Notes under the pieces: model-generated
The model's database searches: none
Seen by the model: the letters and a program-made list of their open reading frames with translations, nothing else
Told to the model about the DNA's origin: nothing
Shown: one piece after another, positions 1-12,022 of the stretch
Layout: each line of letters starts with the position of its first letter
Numbering within the stretch: position 1 is the stretch's first letter
Made by a program: the position numbers and the translations under genes
From: an uncultured Gemmataceae bacterium
GTDB taxonomy: Bacteria > Planctomycetota > Planctomycetia > Gemmatales > Gemmataceae
Reading direction: 5' to 3'
NCBI GenBank assembly: GCA_963750165.1
Contig: CAVVPN010000003.1
Span: 2,624,001-2,688,000, forward strand
DNA: 64,000 nucleotides

Positions 1-430
1 CATAATCAGGTTGGGCCGGCGTCCTTTGCCCTGTCGAAGCGCTTTGACAGTCAAAGCTTGTGGTAGGACACGCCAGGTATCGGTTGCGGTGTGACGATCA
101 GCGTGAACTCTTCCCACCATTCTACCTGATTCGGTTGGATGCGCAATGTCCGGCTCGCAAAATCTTGGCGCTCTTGGCACCCTTGCGCGACCCGACAGAG
201 GCAGGCTTCCGCCGGCGCCGCCCGGCACGTCCGTTTGGCGCCGCGCGGCACGCGCCCTCCTGGCAACCTTGGCACCCTTGCGCAGCCCGGCAACGGACAG
301 CCCGGCAAGGCACTACATCCGGCCTTCGTGCCGCGCCCACCCGACATCGCCTGGCACTCGCATCCGCGTCCAGATGAGAGGCGCGCCGCGTGGCCATGTG
401 GCCATGTTACTCGAACCGACACGCCAGCGT

Positions 431-1288
431 TCAGCGTTTGTCCAGCACGCGCTCCTTGACCTCCGCGAGCTTCCGCACCGACAGCCAGCCGCGCAGCAGA
501 TACCCCGAATTGCTCAGGTTCTGCTCGGTCGGCGCACTGCTCGACTTCGTCTCACCGCGCGCCGCCGTGGGGTGAACGTCGTTCTTGTTGAGCAGGGTGC
601 CGTTCCAGTCCTTCGGCCGCCGCTTGAGGATTTCGGCCTCGTAGTCGATCAGCGGCAGCTGCTTCTCCTTCGCCAGCTGCCGCAGCGCCACGTTGTAGCT
701 TTTCGACAGCTCGGGCCGGCCGATGTGCGGCGGAATCGTTGACAGCACCACAATGGTGCCGTTGTCCAGGATCATGTCCACCGCCTTCGCCATGTCCTTG
801 CGGTAAGCGTCGAGCGGCCGGCCGGCGCTGACATCATTGGTGCCGAGCATCAGCACCGCCACCTGCGGCTGATACTTCTTGAGCAGCGCCGCCAGCGCCG
901 GCAGCCCATTGTGGCCGCCCGCCAGGAACTGGTCGGCGCGCATGCCGCCGGCCGCGGTGTCGGAGCGGCCGCCGGGCCGGTCCACCGCCGCCAGATACCA
1001 GCCGTCGAGATCATTGTTCTTGCCCGTGTGCATCCACTGGAGCACGGCGCGGTCGCGCGGCGTCCGGCCCTCGCCGCCGCGGGCCCACTGGCCGTAGGGG
1101 TTGGCGTGCGTGATCGAATCGCCCAGGTGCAGCACCACGCCCGGCTTGCCCTTGAACTGCGCGGCGACCTTGCGCATTGCCGTGCTGTAGTCCCAGCCTT
1201 CCGCAATCGGTTTCGGCTCCCCGGCCCGCGCTGCGGGCAGCGGGGCCAGCACGAACAGCAGCAGGATGATCGGCCAGCGACGGATCAT
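431..1288 (-). CDS. Secreted SGNH/GDSL-family hydrolase
   Basis: Signal peptide; blocks HLGDSIT, MLGTND, DVHP. Confidence 0.85.
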   Translation of the reverse strand: MIRRWPIILLLFVLAPLPAARAGEPKPIAEGWDYSTAMRKVAAQFKGKPGVVLHLGDSITHANPYGQWARGGEGRTPRDRAVLQWMHTGKNNDLDGWYLAAVDRPGGRSDTAAGGMRADQFLAGGHNGLPALAALLKKYQPQVAVLMLGTNDVSAGRPLDAYRKDMAKAVDMILDNGTIVVLSTIPPHIGRPELSKSYNVALRQLAKEKQLPLIDYEAEILKRRPKDWNGTLLNKNDVHPTAARGETKSSSAPTEQNLSNSGYLLRGWLSVRKLAEVKERVLDKR

Positions 1289-1308
1289 GAGAGTTCTCCC
1301 TGAGAAGG

Positions 1309-1941
1309 TTAGCCCATGGTGCCGAACTGCCGGTCGCCGGCGTCGCCGAGGCCCGGCACAATGTACTTGCTGGCGTTGAGGTGGCTGTCAAGTGCCGCGA
1401 GGTAGATCGGCACGTCCGGGTGCGCCTGCCGCAGTGCCTCGACGCCTTCCGGCGCCGCGATCAGGCCGATGAACTTGAGCCGCGTCAGGCCGCAGCGCTT
1501 GAGCAGATCGACGACCGCCACGGCACTGCCACCGGTCGCCAGCATCGGGTCGAGCACGAACGCCAGGTCCACCGTGGTTCGTGCCGGCAGCTTGTTGTAA
1601 TAAGTGACCGGCCGCAGCGTCTGATGGTCGCGGTACAGGCCCAGGTGCCAGACCTGCGCCGCCGGCACCAGTTCCAGGATGGCCTCGGCCATGCCCAGGC
1701 CGGCACGCAGGATCGGGAACAGCCCCAGCACCTCCGCCAGCTCGTGGCCGGTACACTCGGCCAGCGGCGTCTGCACGGTGATGGGCCGCAGCCGCAGGTC
1801 GGCGCTGGCCTCGAAGAACAGCATCTGCGAAATCTCGCGGACGACCTCGCGGAAGGCGCGCGGCCCCGTGGCCTGGTCGCGCAACTGCGCCAGCCGGTGC
1901 AGCACCAGCGGTTGGCGGGATACGTGGACCATCTCGGACAT
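1309..1941 (-). CDS. upp: Uracil phosphoribosyltransferase
   Basis: PILRAGLGM, LDPMLATGGS PRPP-binding motif, YIVPGLGDAGDRQFGT. Confidence 0.97.
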   Translation of the reverse strand: MSEMVHVSRQPLVLHRLAQLRDQATGPRAFREVVREISQMLFFEASADLRLRPITVQTPLAECTGHELAEVLGLFPILRAGLGMAEAILELVPAAQVWHLGLYRDHQTLRPVTYYNKLPARTTVDLAFVLDPMLATGGSAVAVVDLLKRCGLTRLKFIGLIAAPEGVEALRQAHPDVPIYLAALDSHLNASKYIVPGLGDAGDRQFGTMG

Positions 1942-1972
1942 GGCGATACTCCTTGCGGGAGGGGCGGGGCGG

Positions 1973-2575
1973 TCAACCGGCGTCGTCGGCCGCCTCGAAC
2001 ACCGGGCCGCATGCCAGTTCCAGGCCGGGCAGTAGTCGCGTGCGGTACACCTCCGGCGGCCGCACGGTGCGCTCGCGCCACCGGCCGCCCGCCCGCCGCA
2101 ATACCAGCAGTTCCCGTCGCTCCGCGTCGAAAATCCAGTATTCCAGCACGCCGAACAGCAAATACTCCTCGCGCTTCTCGGCGTAGTCGCGCTGCTCGGA
2201 GCCGGGTGAGATCACCTCCAGGACGATCTCGGGCACCCACAATTCCCAGAGCGGCTCGTCGTCGGGCGGTGGCGTCTGGTAGACCGCCAGGTCGGGGTGG
2301 CGTTCGCTCTCCAGGGCGGCGATGAGGAGCTTGCACTCGCTGCCGGCGGCCAGGGTGTGAATGCGGCCGGCGTGGGCCAGGTCGTAGGCCGCCAGCTGGC
2401 GGCGCAGGGCGCTGAGCTGGGCGAGGTGGCGGCGGCCAGGCACGTCGCTCACGACGAGGACTCCGCGGGCGAGTTCGTACAGGTAGCCCTCCTGGCGGTC
2501 GGCGCCGGCGAACTCGTCCAGGCGCAGCCGCCGGCCCTGGTCGGCGGGGCCAACGGTCAAGGTCACTCCGGCCAT
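1973..2575 (-). CDS. Uma2-family (PD-(D/E)XK) endonuclease
   Basis: YELARG, RHPDLAVY, PEIVLEVISPGS..RDYAEKREEY..GVLEYWIFD; ATG at 2575 follows GGAGG. Confidence 0.88.
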   Translation of the reverse strand: MAGVTLTVGPADQGRRLRLDEFAGADRQEGYLYELARGVLVVSDVPGRRHLAQLSALRRQLAAYDLAHAGRIHTLAAGSECKLLIAALESERHPDLAVYQTPPPDDEPLWELWVPEIVLEVISPGSEQRDYAEKREEYLLFGVLEYWIFDAERRELLVLRRAGGRWRERTVRPPEVYRTRLLPGLELACGPVFEAADDAG

Positions 2576-2621
2576 GCCTTCCTCCTCCGTGGACTGCCGC
2601 CGAGTGTAAGAGGCTGTGCGA

Positions 2622-2750
2622 GAAGTAGGTCCGGCGAGCCGAGCCGGCCCCGCAGTGGGTGCCGCTCGGCTCGCGGCACCTACCTCGGAAGTAGGTCCGG
2701 CGAGCCGAGCCGGACCCGCGGTGGGTGCCGCTCGGCTCGCGGCACCCACC
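2622..2750. repeat. REP-like palindromic doublet, 2 tandem 66-bp units
   Basis: GTAGGTCCGGCGAGCCGAGCCGG(A/C)CC followed by GTGGGTGCCGCTCGGCTCGCGGCACC(T/C)AC at 2625 and 2691. Confidence 0.85.
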
Positions 2751-2785
2751 GTTTCGCACAGACACTAACGGCCCCGGCGACGGAC

Positions 2786-3964
2786 TCAACCGGGCAGTTT
2801 CGCCTGGTTCAGCCGCTTCATCAAACTGGGCTTGCCGCCGTGACGATCACGCAGTTCGCGGAAGCGCTGCGCCGCCTCGGCGGTTTGGCCGCTGCGCTCC
2901 GCCAGGTCGCGCAGATCGACCAGCAGCCGCACCGCCTCGTCGTATTCCTTCGGCTTCTTCGACTCGATCAACGCCTCAACCTGCCGCCACACCTCGGCGG
3001 CGCGCGGCGCCAGATCGTCGAGGTATTTGGCCCGTTCCGCCGCCTTCTTTTTGGCGCGGGCCGCTTCCTCTTTGGCCTTCTTCTCGGCGGCGCGGCGGCG
3101 GTTCTCCTCCTCGCGGTGCTCCGCGGCGTCCAGCAGGTCCAGTACGCGCCGCCGCGGCGGCCCCGCGTCGGCCGCCGGTTGCTTGCCGCGGCGGGCGGCG
3201 CTCCAGTCGCGGAAGCGGCGCTGCAGCGTCATCTCCAGTGTGGCGCCTTCGCCGGCCAGCAGGTCCAGGATCACCGCGTCCTTGTCCGTCGCCGGCAGGC
3301 TCGCCACCCACGCGCGCGGGTCCTCCTGCTGTGGCCCGCGACCGGCCAGGTCCGCGGACGCCTCGGCCGCCACTTCGAGTAAATCGGCGTCGATCTGCAG
3401 GAATTTGCACAACGCCCGCTGCGCCGCCGTCAACTGCCGCAGCCCCGGCGGCACCGGCGGCTCCACCGCGTCCTCCGCGATGTCGTCGTGCCAGGCCGTG
3501 TGAATGCCCATCAGCCAGCCGAGGTACAGGCCGCGCAAATCGCCCGCACCCAACTCCGCCCGCAGCGGCAACAGGTCGTCCAGCGCGTCGTTGTCCACCC
3601 ACGCTTCATCGTCGGGCGGGTCGTCGTAATAGCAGTTCAGGTCGATCACCACGGCGTCGCGCTTCTGCCAGGCCGTCACCCGGTCTTCGATGCAGTACGG
3701 TTGCACGTCGGCCAGGGCCAGCCACGCCGCCGGCACACGGAGCATGAGCCGGCGCGACCCCCAGTTCGCGAAGTACAGGTGGGCGTCGTAATACTTCTCC
3801 ATCAACTTGTTGGGGTCGCCGCGGAAGTCGCCGAAGTGGTACTCGTTGACGAAGCTGGTCGCGGTGATCTCGGCGCGCGTGGACAGCTCGCGCACCGCTG
3901 CCTGCTGCTTCTGGTCCAGCGGTTTATCGACCGCCCGGAACTCGTAATACTGGTATTCGCTCAT
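2786..3964 (-). CDS. Conserved hypothetical protein (MSEYQYYEF family)
   Basis: Protein-like portion of ORF 2786..5359 begins at MSEYQYYEFRAVDKPL; YYDAHLYFANWGSRRLM motif. Confidence 0.8.
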   Translation of the reverse strand: MSEYQYYEFRAVDKPLDQKQQAAVRELSTRAEITATSFVNEYHFGDFRGDPNKLMEKYYDAHLYFANWGSRRLMLRVPAAWLALADVQPYCIEDRVTAWQKRDAVVIDLNCYYDDPPDDEAWVDNDALDDLLPLRAELGAGDLRGLYLGWLMGIHTAWHDDIAEDAVEPPVPPGLRQLTAAQRALCKFLQIDADLLEVAAEASADLAGRGPQQEDPRAWVASLPATDKDAVILDLLAGEGATLEMTLQRRFRDWSAARRGKQPAADAGPPRRRVLDLLDAAEHREEENRRRAAEKKAKEEAARAKKKAAERAKYLDDLAPRAAEVWRQVEALIESKKPKEYDEAVRLLVDLRDLAERSGQTAEAAQRFRELRDRHGGKPSLMKRLNQAKLPG

Positions 3965-4189
3965 GGTCGCTCGCCGGTTTGCGTTCAGAAAGCCACCCGG
4001 AGGGCCATTGTATCGAACCGGGCGCGGGCTGTTTCTTGCAATCGACCGCCAGCGGCCGTATAGTCCACGATGCCCGGCGCGGCCGCGCCGCCGGGCCGTT
4101 GCTACCGGAACAGACGCTGTCGCCGCCCCCCTTGACCGGCCAGGGAATCGCAGCGACCGCCGCCCGGAACGGACCTCCCGAGAGCGCAC

Positions 4190-5740
4190 ATGGATCAACT
4201 CACCCTGCGCCGCATCCGTTGCGGCGACCCCGGCGCCGCCCGGCAACTGGCCGACCTGCGCCGCCAGCTCACGTCGCAGGCCGACGTGATGTCGCCGCGC
4301 GGCCGGCAGCTCACCGTGGCCGTCTTCGGCGAACCGCTGCCGCCCACGCGCGTCGTCGAGCGCATTTGCACCGACGTGCGCATGCGCGGCCTCGACGCGC
4401 TGCTGCACTACACCGAGCGGCTCGACGGCGTTCGCCTCACGGCCGAGACAGTGCGCGTCAGCGCCGCCGAGCTGGCCGCCGCCCACGCCGCCGCGGAGCC
4501 CGCGTTCCTGGAGACGCTGCGGCGCGTGCGGCAGAACGTCCTGAGCTTTCAGCTGGGCCTGTTGCAGAGCGAGGCGGTGCTGAGCGTGGTCGGCAGCCAC
4601 GAGCTGCGACTGCGCTATCGGCCGATGCGCCGCGTCGGCGTGTGCGTGCCCGGCGGCGCCGCGGCGTATCCGTCCACGCTGCTGATGACGGTGTGCCCGG
4701 CGCAGGCGGCGGGCGTCAAGGAGATCGCGGTGGTGCTGCCGCCGACGCCGACCGGGGCGTACCACCAGGACATGCTGGCGACCTGCCGCGAACTGGGCGT
4801 GACGGAGGTGTACCGCGTCGGCGGCGCCCAGGCGGTGGCGGCGCTGGCCTACGGCGTCACGGGGCTGCCGGCGGTGGACATGATCGTCGGCCCCGGCAAC
4901 GTCTTCGTGACGCTGGCCAAGAAGTTCGTCTACGGCCAGGTGGCCATTGATTGTCTGGCGGGGCCGACCGAGGTGGTGGTGCTGGCGGACGCGAGCGCAG
5001 CGCCGGCGTTCATCGCGTCGGACCTGCTGGCCCAGGCGGAGCACGACCCGGCGACGAGCATTCTCATCACCTGGCACGAGCCGTTGCTGGACGCGGTGAC
5101 GGCGGCGCTGCGCAGCCAGTGCGCGGCGCTGGCCCGCGCCGACCAGGCCCGCCACAGCCTGGAAAACTTCGGGGCTCTGGTGCTGGCGCGCGACGCGGAC
5201 GAGGCGGTGGAATGGGTGAACCAGATTGGGCCGGAGCACCTGCATATCGCGACGCAGGACGCCGAGGCGCTGGTGCCGCGCATCGACAACGCCGGGGCGA
5301 TCTTTCTGGGGCACTATTCGCCGGTGGCGCTGGGCGACTACGCGGCGGGGCCGTCGCACGTGCTGCCGACCGGCGCCACCAGTCGCTTCGCCAGCGGGCT
5401 GTCGGCGAACGATTTCCTGCGGCGCTCAAGCGTGCTGTCGTACACGCGCGCCGGCCTGGAGGCGCTGGCGCCGGACGTGATCCGGCTGGCGCAGAAGGAG
5501 GGGTTGACGGCGCACGCGGCGAGCGTGGAGATTCGGCTGCGCGAGGCGCCGGCGGAGGCAGCGTCGGAGGCAGTGGCGCAGGCGAGCGCGGGCTGCCGGT
5601 GGATCGTTGAGCGGAGGTCAGTCCATGCAAAGGGAGCTTCATTCGCGACCCATGACGGCCTATTTCCTCACGACAGGATTTGCAGCGGCCGTTCTTGTAT
5701 TCGGTCTGTTGATTGGTTTCGTCAACTGTCTGTGGTATAA
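4190..5740 (+). CDS. hisD: Histidinol dehydrogenase (true stop possibly ~5610 if there is a late frameshift)
   Basis: VPGG.AAYPST, GGAQAVAALAYG, IVGPGN, AGPTEV, QAEHDP, PEHL, GDYAAGPSHVLPTG motifs; C-terminal tail overlaps next gene. Confidence 0.95.
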   Translation: MDQLTLRRIRCGDPGAARQLADLRRQLTSQADVMSPRGRQLTVAVFGEPLPPTRVVERICTDVRMRGLDALLHYTERLDGVRLTAETVRVSAAELAAAHAAAEPAFLETLRRVRQNVLSFQLGLLQSEAVLSVVGSHELRLRYRPMRRVGVCVPGGAAAYPSTLLMTVCPAQAAGVKEIAVVLPPTPTGAYHQDMLATCRELGVTEVYRVGGAQAVAALAYGVTGLPAVDMIVGPGNVFVTLAKKFVYGQVAIDCLAGPTEVVVLADASAAPAFIASDLLAQAEHDPATSILITWHEPLLDAVTAALRSQCAALARADQARHSLENFGALVLARDADEAVEWVNQIGPEHLHIATQDAEALVPRIDNAGAIFLGHYSPVALGDYAAGPSHVLPTGATSRFASGLSANDFLRRSSVLSYTRAGLEALAPDVIRLAQKEGLTAHAASVEIRLREAPAEAASEAVAQASAGCRWIVERRSVHAKGASFATHDGLFPHDRICSGRSCIRSVDWFRQLSVV

Positions 5741-5981
5741 AGACGATCCTGTTAGGATTTTTTCACGACTGCAAGAATTTGTTCTCATCGCGGTCTTCTT
5801 TGGCATCGTTTCGATGGTTCTATCATTGCCTTTTTATGTTTGTGCCTATTTCATGGTTTCTTCCAACAGTTACCTCGTCAGACAACTGCCCCACCGGCTT
5901 TTCTGGTATGGTTATGGTTGGACAAGTGGAATCCTGGTTTTCCTTACCATCAGTATTTGGTCCTTTAGCGTCTCCCGTTAG
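5625..5981 (+). CDS. Small AT-rich membrane protein (about 3 TM segments)
   Basis: ATG preceded by GGAGG at 5613; three hydrophobic stretches; visibly lower GC than flanks. Confidence 0.6.
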   Translation: MQRELHSRPMTAYFLTTGFAAAVLVFGLLIGFVNCLWYKDDPVRIFSRLQEFVLIAVFFGIVSMVLSLPFYVCAYFMVSSNSYLVRQLPHRLFWYGYGWTSGILVFLTISIWSFSVSR

Positions 5982-6025
5982 GCCCCAGATGTTCCAGTGG
6001 CCAAAAGTTAACAACTTGATGACCG

Positions 6026-6873
6026 ATGTCGCTACTCGATCACTTCCATCCGCCGCTACTCCACGAACACCACTGGGAGGGCTTCCACCACTCCTGGGCG
6101 GCCATCATCGCGCACCAACTCAACGAAGAGCAATTGCCCCCGAGCTATTACGCCGATCCGGAAATCACCGGCTCTTCCGTTTTTAGGTGCGAAACACTGG
6201 ATTTTCGGTGAACGGACGATCACGTGCCCCACGATTTTTCCAGGGAAAATTGAGAATCGGGCCGATAACCCGCACCTAAAAACGGAAGAGCCAAATCACC
6301 CTCGGCCCGCAAATGGAAATCGACGTGGCAACGCTGGAAAAGCCCCAATCCGGCGGTGGAGTTACCACCGCGGCGTGGGCGCCCGCGAAACCGCGGTTTT
6401 CTGTCAAAGCGGATTTCTCACGCCTGAACGGTTATGAGGTCCGTGTGTTCCAGGACTTGGCCGGCCCCCAATTACGAGCCGCCATCGAACTGGTCAGCCC
6501 GGCCAACAAGCACCGCGCGGACAGCCGGGAGACCTTCGCCGCGAAGTGCGCCGGCTACCTCCGGCACGGCGTTCACCTGGTCATGGTGGACATCGTGACC
6601 TCACGGTCGGCCAACCTGCACGCCGAGCTGTTCGACCTGATTCGGGTGAAGGGCCGCAGCGCCGCCTGGCGGCCGGCCACCGGCCTGTACGCCGTCGCCT
6701 ACCGGGCCGTTACCGCCCGCAAGGCGCCACGCTTCGAGGTCTGGCCCGAGACATTAGCCCTGGGGGAATCGTTGCCCACGCTGCCGTTGTGGCTGGCCTC
6801 GGACCTGAACGTGCCCCTGCGGTTGGAGGAATCCTACCTGACCACCTGCCGGCGCCTGCGCATCCCGGCATGA
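6026..6873 (+). pseudogene. DUF4058-family protein interrupted by a MITE
   Basis: MSLLDHFHPPL..WEGFH..W start and AAIELVSPANK...FAAKC C-terminal part; removing 6170-6300 restores the frame (EIT-LGPQMEIDV). Confidence 0.88.
6170..6292. mobile_element. 123-bp MITE with ISL3-like ends
   Basis: Perfect 22-bp TIR GGCTCTTCCGTTTTTAGGTGCG / CGCACCTAAAAACGGAAGAGCC; 8-bp TSD AAATCACC at 6162-6169 and 6293-6300. Confidence 0.93.
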
Positions 6874-6887
6874 ACCCCACTCCACGA

Positions 6888-7373
6888 TCACGGCTGTTTC
6901 TGCCCCGGCGCCTCCATGTCCAGGTTGCCCATGCGCAGCACCAGCAGTGGCACCCCGCCGCTGCCGGGTAGCGTGACCGTCTTGACGATCTGCTTGCCAG
7001 CCGTCACGCGCCGGAAATCGTCGGCGGTCAGTTCGAGCGCCACGGCGTTGTGAGCCAGGAACTGCCCGGCCGCGGGGCCGGCGGCCGGCACCTCCAGCGT
7101 CGGGTACACTTCCAGCCCCGGGAAGCCGGCGATGTGGCTCAGCTTCAGCCGATAGACGGCGCCCTGGCGAAAGTTGTAGCGGGCCGGCGCCTCCAGCGGC
7201 GTCTCGGAGAAGCGGGCCTTGCCATCCCGTCCCACCACGAGCCAGCGAATCTGCATGCCCGAGGGGCCGACGAAGCGCACCTGCGTGCGCCCGGCGCCGG
7301 CCGGCTCCTGTGCCCCGGTGGCGGCGACGCAGGCGACACCGGCCACGACCATCACCAGCAGTTTGCGGCACAT
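6888..7373 (-). CDS. Hypothetical secreted protein
   Basis: Signal peptide; TQVRFVGPSGM...PARYNF.QG..YRLKL...YPTLEV pattern, which I recall from planctomycete hypotheticals. Confidence 0.7.
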   Translation of the reverse strand: MCRKLLVMVVAGVACVAATGAQEPAGAGRTQVRFVGPSGMQIRWLVVGRDGKARFSETPLEAPARYNFRQGAVYRLKLSHIAGFPGLEVYPTLEVPAAGPAAGQFLAHNAVALELTADDFRRVTAGKQIVKTVTLPGSGGVPLLVLRMGNLDMEAPGQKQP

Positions 7374-7403
7374 GTCCTTGTCCTCCGCTTCGGGCGACGC
7401 GAT

Positions 7404-7763
7404 TCACCCCTCGCCGTCCAGCGCCCGCAGCATCCGCTTCAGCGCGACCGTGCGGTACGCCTCGCGGACCAAACCGCACACTTCAGCCCAGTCGGTCTGG
7501 CCGTCGATCCGCAGCGACACCCAGCCCTGGTGGGCGGCGTAGGGCGTCGGGTAGAACCGGCCGTCTTTCAGGAGTTGCTCCTGCCGGTCGTGCCCCACCC
7601 GCAGGCCGAGAGTCGGGCCGTCTGCGTCGGCGCCGAACGCGGCGAATAGCTTCTTGCCGGCGCGGAAGGTCGGGTGGCCCCACGCCTCCACCTCGGCGGC
7701 CTCCGGCAACGCCAGACACAGGCCGCGCACCTGTTTCAACGCCCGATCGGATTCCCTGCTCAT
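7404..7763 (-). CDS. MmcQ/YjbR-family DNA-binding protein
   Basis: CLALPEA.E...WGHPTFRAGKKLFA...PY....GWV...DWAEV..LVREAYR. Confidence 0.88.
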   Translation of the reverse strand: MSRESDRALKQVRGLCLALPEAAEVEAWGHPTFRAGKKLFAAFGADADGPTLGLRVGHDRQEQLLKDGRFYPTPYAAHQGWVSLRIDGQTDWAEVCGLVREAYRTVALKRMLRALDGEG

Positions 7764-7919
7764 CAAGGTTCCCCCGGTTTTTCCCCGCCGCCCGACCGGC
7801 ACAACCCGGCGCCGGCCGCGGCGGAATCGCCCAGAAAACCTCACGTCCGCCGCCGCCGGGCACCGCCTCTGCAATGATCCCAGACGGTCGCCCGCATTTC
7901 CAGAGAAGTGAGGTGCTTC

Positions 7920-8108
7920 ATGTCACTCCGCATTCTGTTTGTGGCCCTGACGCTGGCGGCGCTGTCCGGCTGCCGCTGCTGTTCGCGCCCCGCCCCGCCG
8001 CCCTGTCCGCCGCCGCCGTGCGGCCAGCCGGCCGGCCCCGTCGGCGTGCCCGCCCTGCCGCCGCCCAGCGGCCCCGCCGTGCCGCCACCGCCGCCCGCGC
8101 CGCTGTGA
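7920..8108 (+). CDS. Small Pro/Cys-rich putative lipoprotein
   Basis: GAGGTG RBS; hydrophobic leader ending in lipobox LSGC; followed by a GC hairpin at ~8125-8150. Confidence 0.55.
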   Translation: MSLRILFVALTLAALSGCRCCSRPAPPPCPPPPCGQPAGPVGVPALPPPSGPAVPPPPPAPL

Positions 8109-8185
8109 GCCGTGTAAAAACGACCGCGGGGCTGGTGTCTCACCAGCCCCGCTGCGGCCATCGGTTCAAAACGGGAGGGCATTTT

Positions 8186-8338
8186 TTACAACCGCCGACT
8201 GAAATTCACCAGGAGAAGCGCCAGCCCGCGAAGGTGATCGACCTGGATCGTCACCGCCAGCGCCCGCGCCAGATCGGTTTGGCCCTGCTGCACCAGTTGC
8301 GCGACTTCCGAATAGGTTTGCGTAGCCGTCGTGTTCAC
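8186..8338 (-). CDS. Small hypothetical protein (50 aa)
   Basis: GTG start with GGAGG RBS; amphipathic helical sequence YSEVAQLVQQGQTDLARALA. Confidence 0.4.
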   Translation of the reverse strand: MNTTATQTYSEVAQLVQQGQTDLARALAVTIQVDHLRGLALLLVNFSRRL

Positions 8339-8541
8339 GATGGTTGCCTCCGGGTGATGAAGTTTGGGAACGCCAACCCAATCATTCCACGACCTGCTCG
8401 AACACGCCAGCGCTGTCGCGTCGATCTCGCGGGTTTTTCTCCGCGACCGATGTCCCTCACCCGTGTTCTGGTTCCGAAGCACAAATTGGCTGCTCTTTTC
8501 CCCGGCGGTTCATCTCGCCCCGCCGACCCAGCTTCCGGGTG

Positions 8542-8631
8542 GTAGCGGACAACAGCGAACCCCCGTTGTTAGTTTCGCGTGGACTCTGCCCGCGCGAAAC
8601 TAAAAACGGGGGTTCGCTGTTGTCCGGTAAC
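8542..8631. repeat. Long REP-like hairpin downstream of dxs
   Basis: CGGACAACAGCGAACCCCCGTT.TTAGTTTCGCG / CGCGAAACTAA.AACGGGGGTTCGCTGTTGTCCG, preceded by GTAG. Confidence 0.85.
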
Positions 8632-8633
8632 TC

Positions 8634-10550
<1,917 letters not shown>

Positions 10551-10676
10551 GGGTCCTTTCCTTTCCTCCCTCGGTCGCCGGGCCGTGTCGCGCGACCTCC
10601 AGTATTTCAACCGGACGGACGGCACGCGGATAACGGCCCGGCCGCGCCAGGCGCGGTCCGGGGACGTTGACAGTTA

Positions 10677-11577
10677 CTAGCGATCCCTCGCAAGAATGAA
10701 GCGTACCAGGTCGGCCAGGCGTTCACCTGCGCCGCCGAAAATGAGCAGGGCTTGCTGGGCGGCCCGGCACAGGTCCTCGGCCCGTCGGCGGCTCTCCGCC
10801 ACACCGAGCAGGCCGGGGTAAGTTAGTTTACCGCGGGCGGCGTCTTTTTGTACCTGTTTGCCGGTGGCCGCGGCGTCACCCTCCACGTCGAGCAGGTCGT
10901 CGGTGACCTGGAACAGCAGCCCGAAACAGCGGCCGTACTCCTGCAGCGCTTCGAGCAGCAGCGGGTTGGGGCCGGTGGGACGTTCGCCCTGGGCCGCCCA
11001 CAATCCCAGCAGCAGACTGGCCCGGAACAGCGCCCCGGTCTTGAGCTGGTGGACGCGGTTCGAGCGCCGCCAGGTCGCCGCCGCCCTTCTCCCACGCCAG
11101 GTCTTCCACCTGGCCGCCGACCATGCCCGCCGCGCCGGCACTGCGGGCCAGTTCCAGACAGCAGTGCGCCGCGGTCATGGGCGGATAATACTCGGCCAGT
11201 ACCTGAAAGGCGAGCGCTTGCAGAGCGTCGCCGGCGAGGATGGCGAGCGCCTCACCGAACTTTTTATGACACGTCGGCAGGCCGCGGCGCAGATCGTCGT
11301 CGTCCATCGCCGGCAGGTCGTCGTGGATGAGCGAGTACGTGTGGATCATCTCGACCGCACACGCCGCCGGCAGGGCGCTTACCTCGCGGCCGCCGCACGC
11401 CTCGCTCGCCAGCAGCACCAGCAACGGCCGCAACCGTTTGCCGGGCGCCAGCAGGCTGTACGCGACCGCTTCCATCAGCGCCGGCGGGACACCGCTGATC
11501 CGGCGCAAGTGGCCCCGCAGCGCCGTCTCGACGAGGGCCTGCTTGCCGGCCATCCATGTTTGCAAGTCGTCAGCCAC
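10677..11577 (-). CDS. ispA: Farnesyl-diphosphate/polyprenyl synthase (frameshift near 11060)
   Basis: GKRLRP, SLIHDDLPAMDDDDLRRG, KTGALF, FQVTDDLLD split over two ORFs; xseB-ispA-dxs context. Confidence 0.92.
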
Positions 11578-11579
11578 GG

Positions 11580-11873
11580 TCAACCCTCGGGCGGTTTGCG
11601 CGGACGTTTGCGGCTGTCGGCGGCCAGCGTGGCGGCGTGCTCGAACGGTGCCACCACCGGCCGGCCGTCGGCGTCCTCGCCGGTCAGCATCAGGATGCGC
11701 TGCTCCACCTGGCGCAGCTGGCCGTGGCAGCGCCGTAGCAGCGCCACGCCCTGCTCGTACTGGGCCAGCGCTTCTTCGAGGCCCGTCTGGCCGTCCTCCA
11801 GCGTGCGGACGATGCGCTCCAGGTCGGCCAGGGCCTGCTCGAAGTTCAGCACCTCCGCGGTCGGTTCGCTCAT
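11580..11873 (-). CDS. xseB: Exodeoxyribonuclease VII small subunit
   Basis: FEQALADLERIVRTLEDG..GLEEAL..YEQGV.L. Confidence 0.93.
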   Translation of the reverse strand: MSEPTAEVLNFEQALADLERIVRTLEDGQTGLEEALAQYEQGVALLRRCHGQLRQVEQRILMLTGEDADGRPVVAPFEHAATLAADSRKRPRKPPEG

Positions 11874-11941
11874 GGGATCTTCTCTTTCTGCGTCCCTGGC
11901 GGGTTGGCACTCGGAGTCGCTGACTGACGGCGGCGTACGCA

Positions 11942-11990
11942 GCAAGGGAGCCAAGGGAGCCAAGGGAGCCAACTTTTTTACACGTCGAGA
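11942..11990 (-). repeat. 49-bp dispersed head + 9-mer triad repeat
   Basis: Minus strand TCTCGACGTGTAAAAAAGTTGGCTCCCTTGGCTCCCTTGGCTCCCTTGC. Confidence 0.85.
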
Positions 11991-12022
11991 ATGGCACCCA
12001 ATGGCACCTGACCGCAAAGTCC

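Noticed and set aside
1..430. ORFs in the first 430 bp
   Set aside because: Low-complexity translations in overlapping frames; the region looks intergenic, with partial triad repeats.
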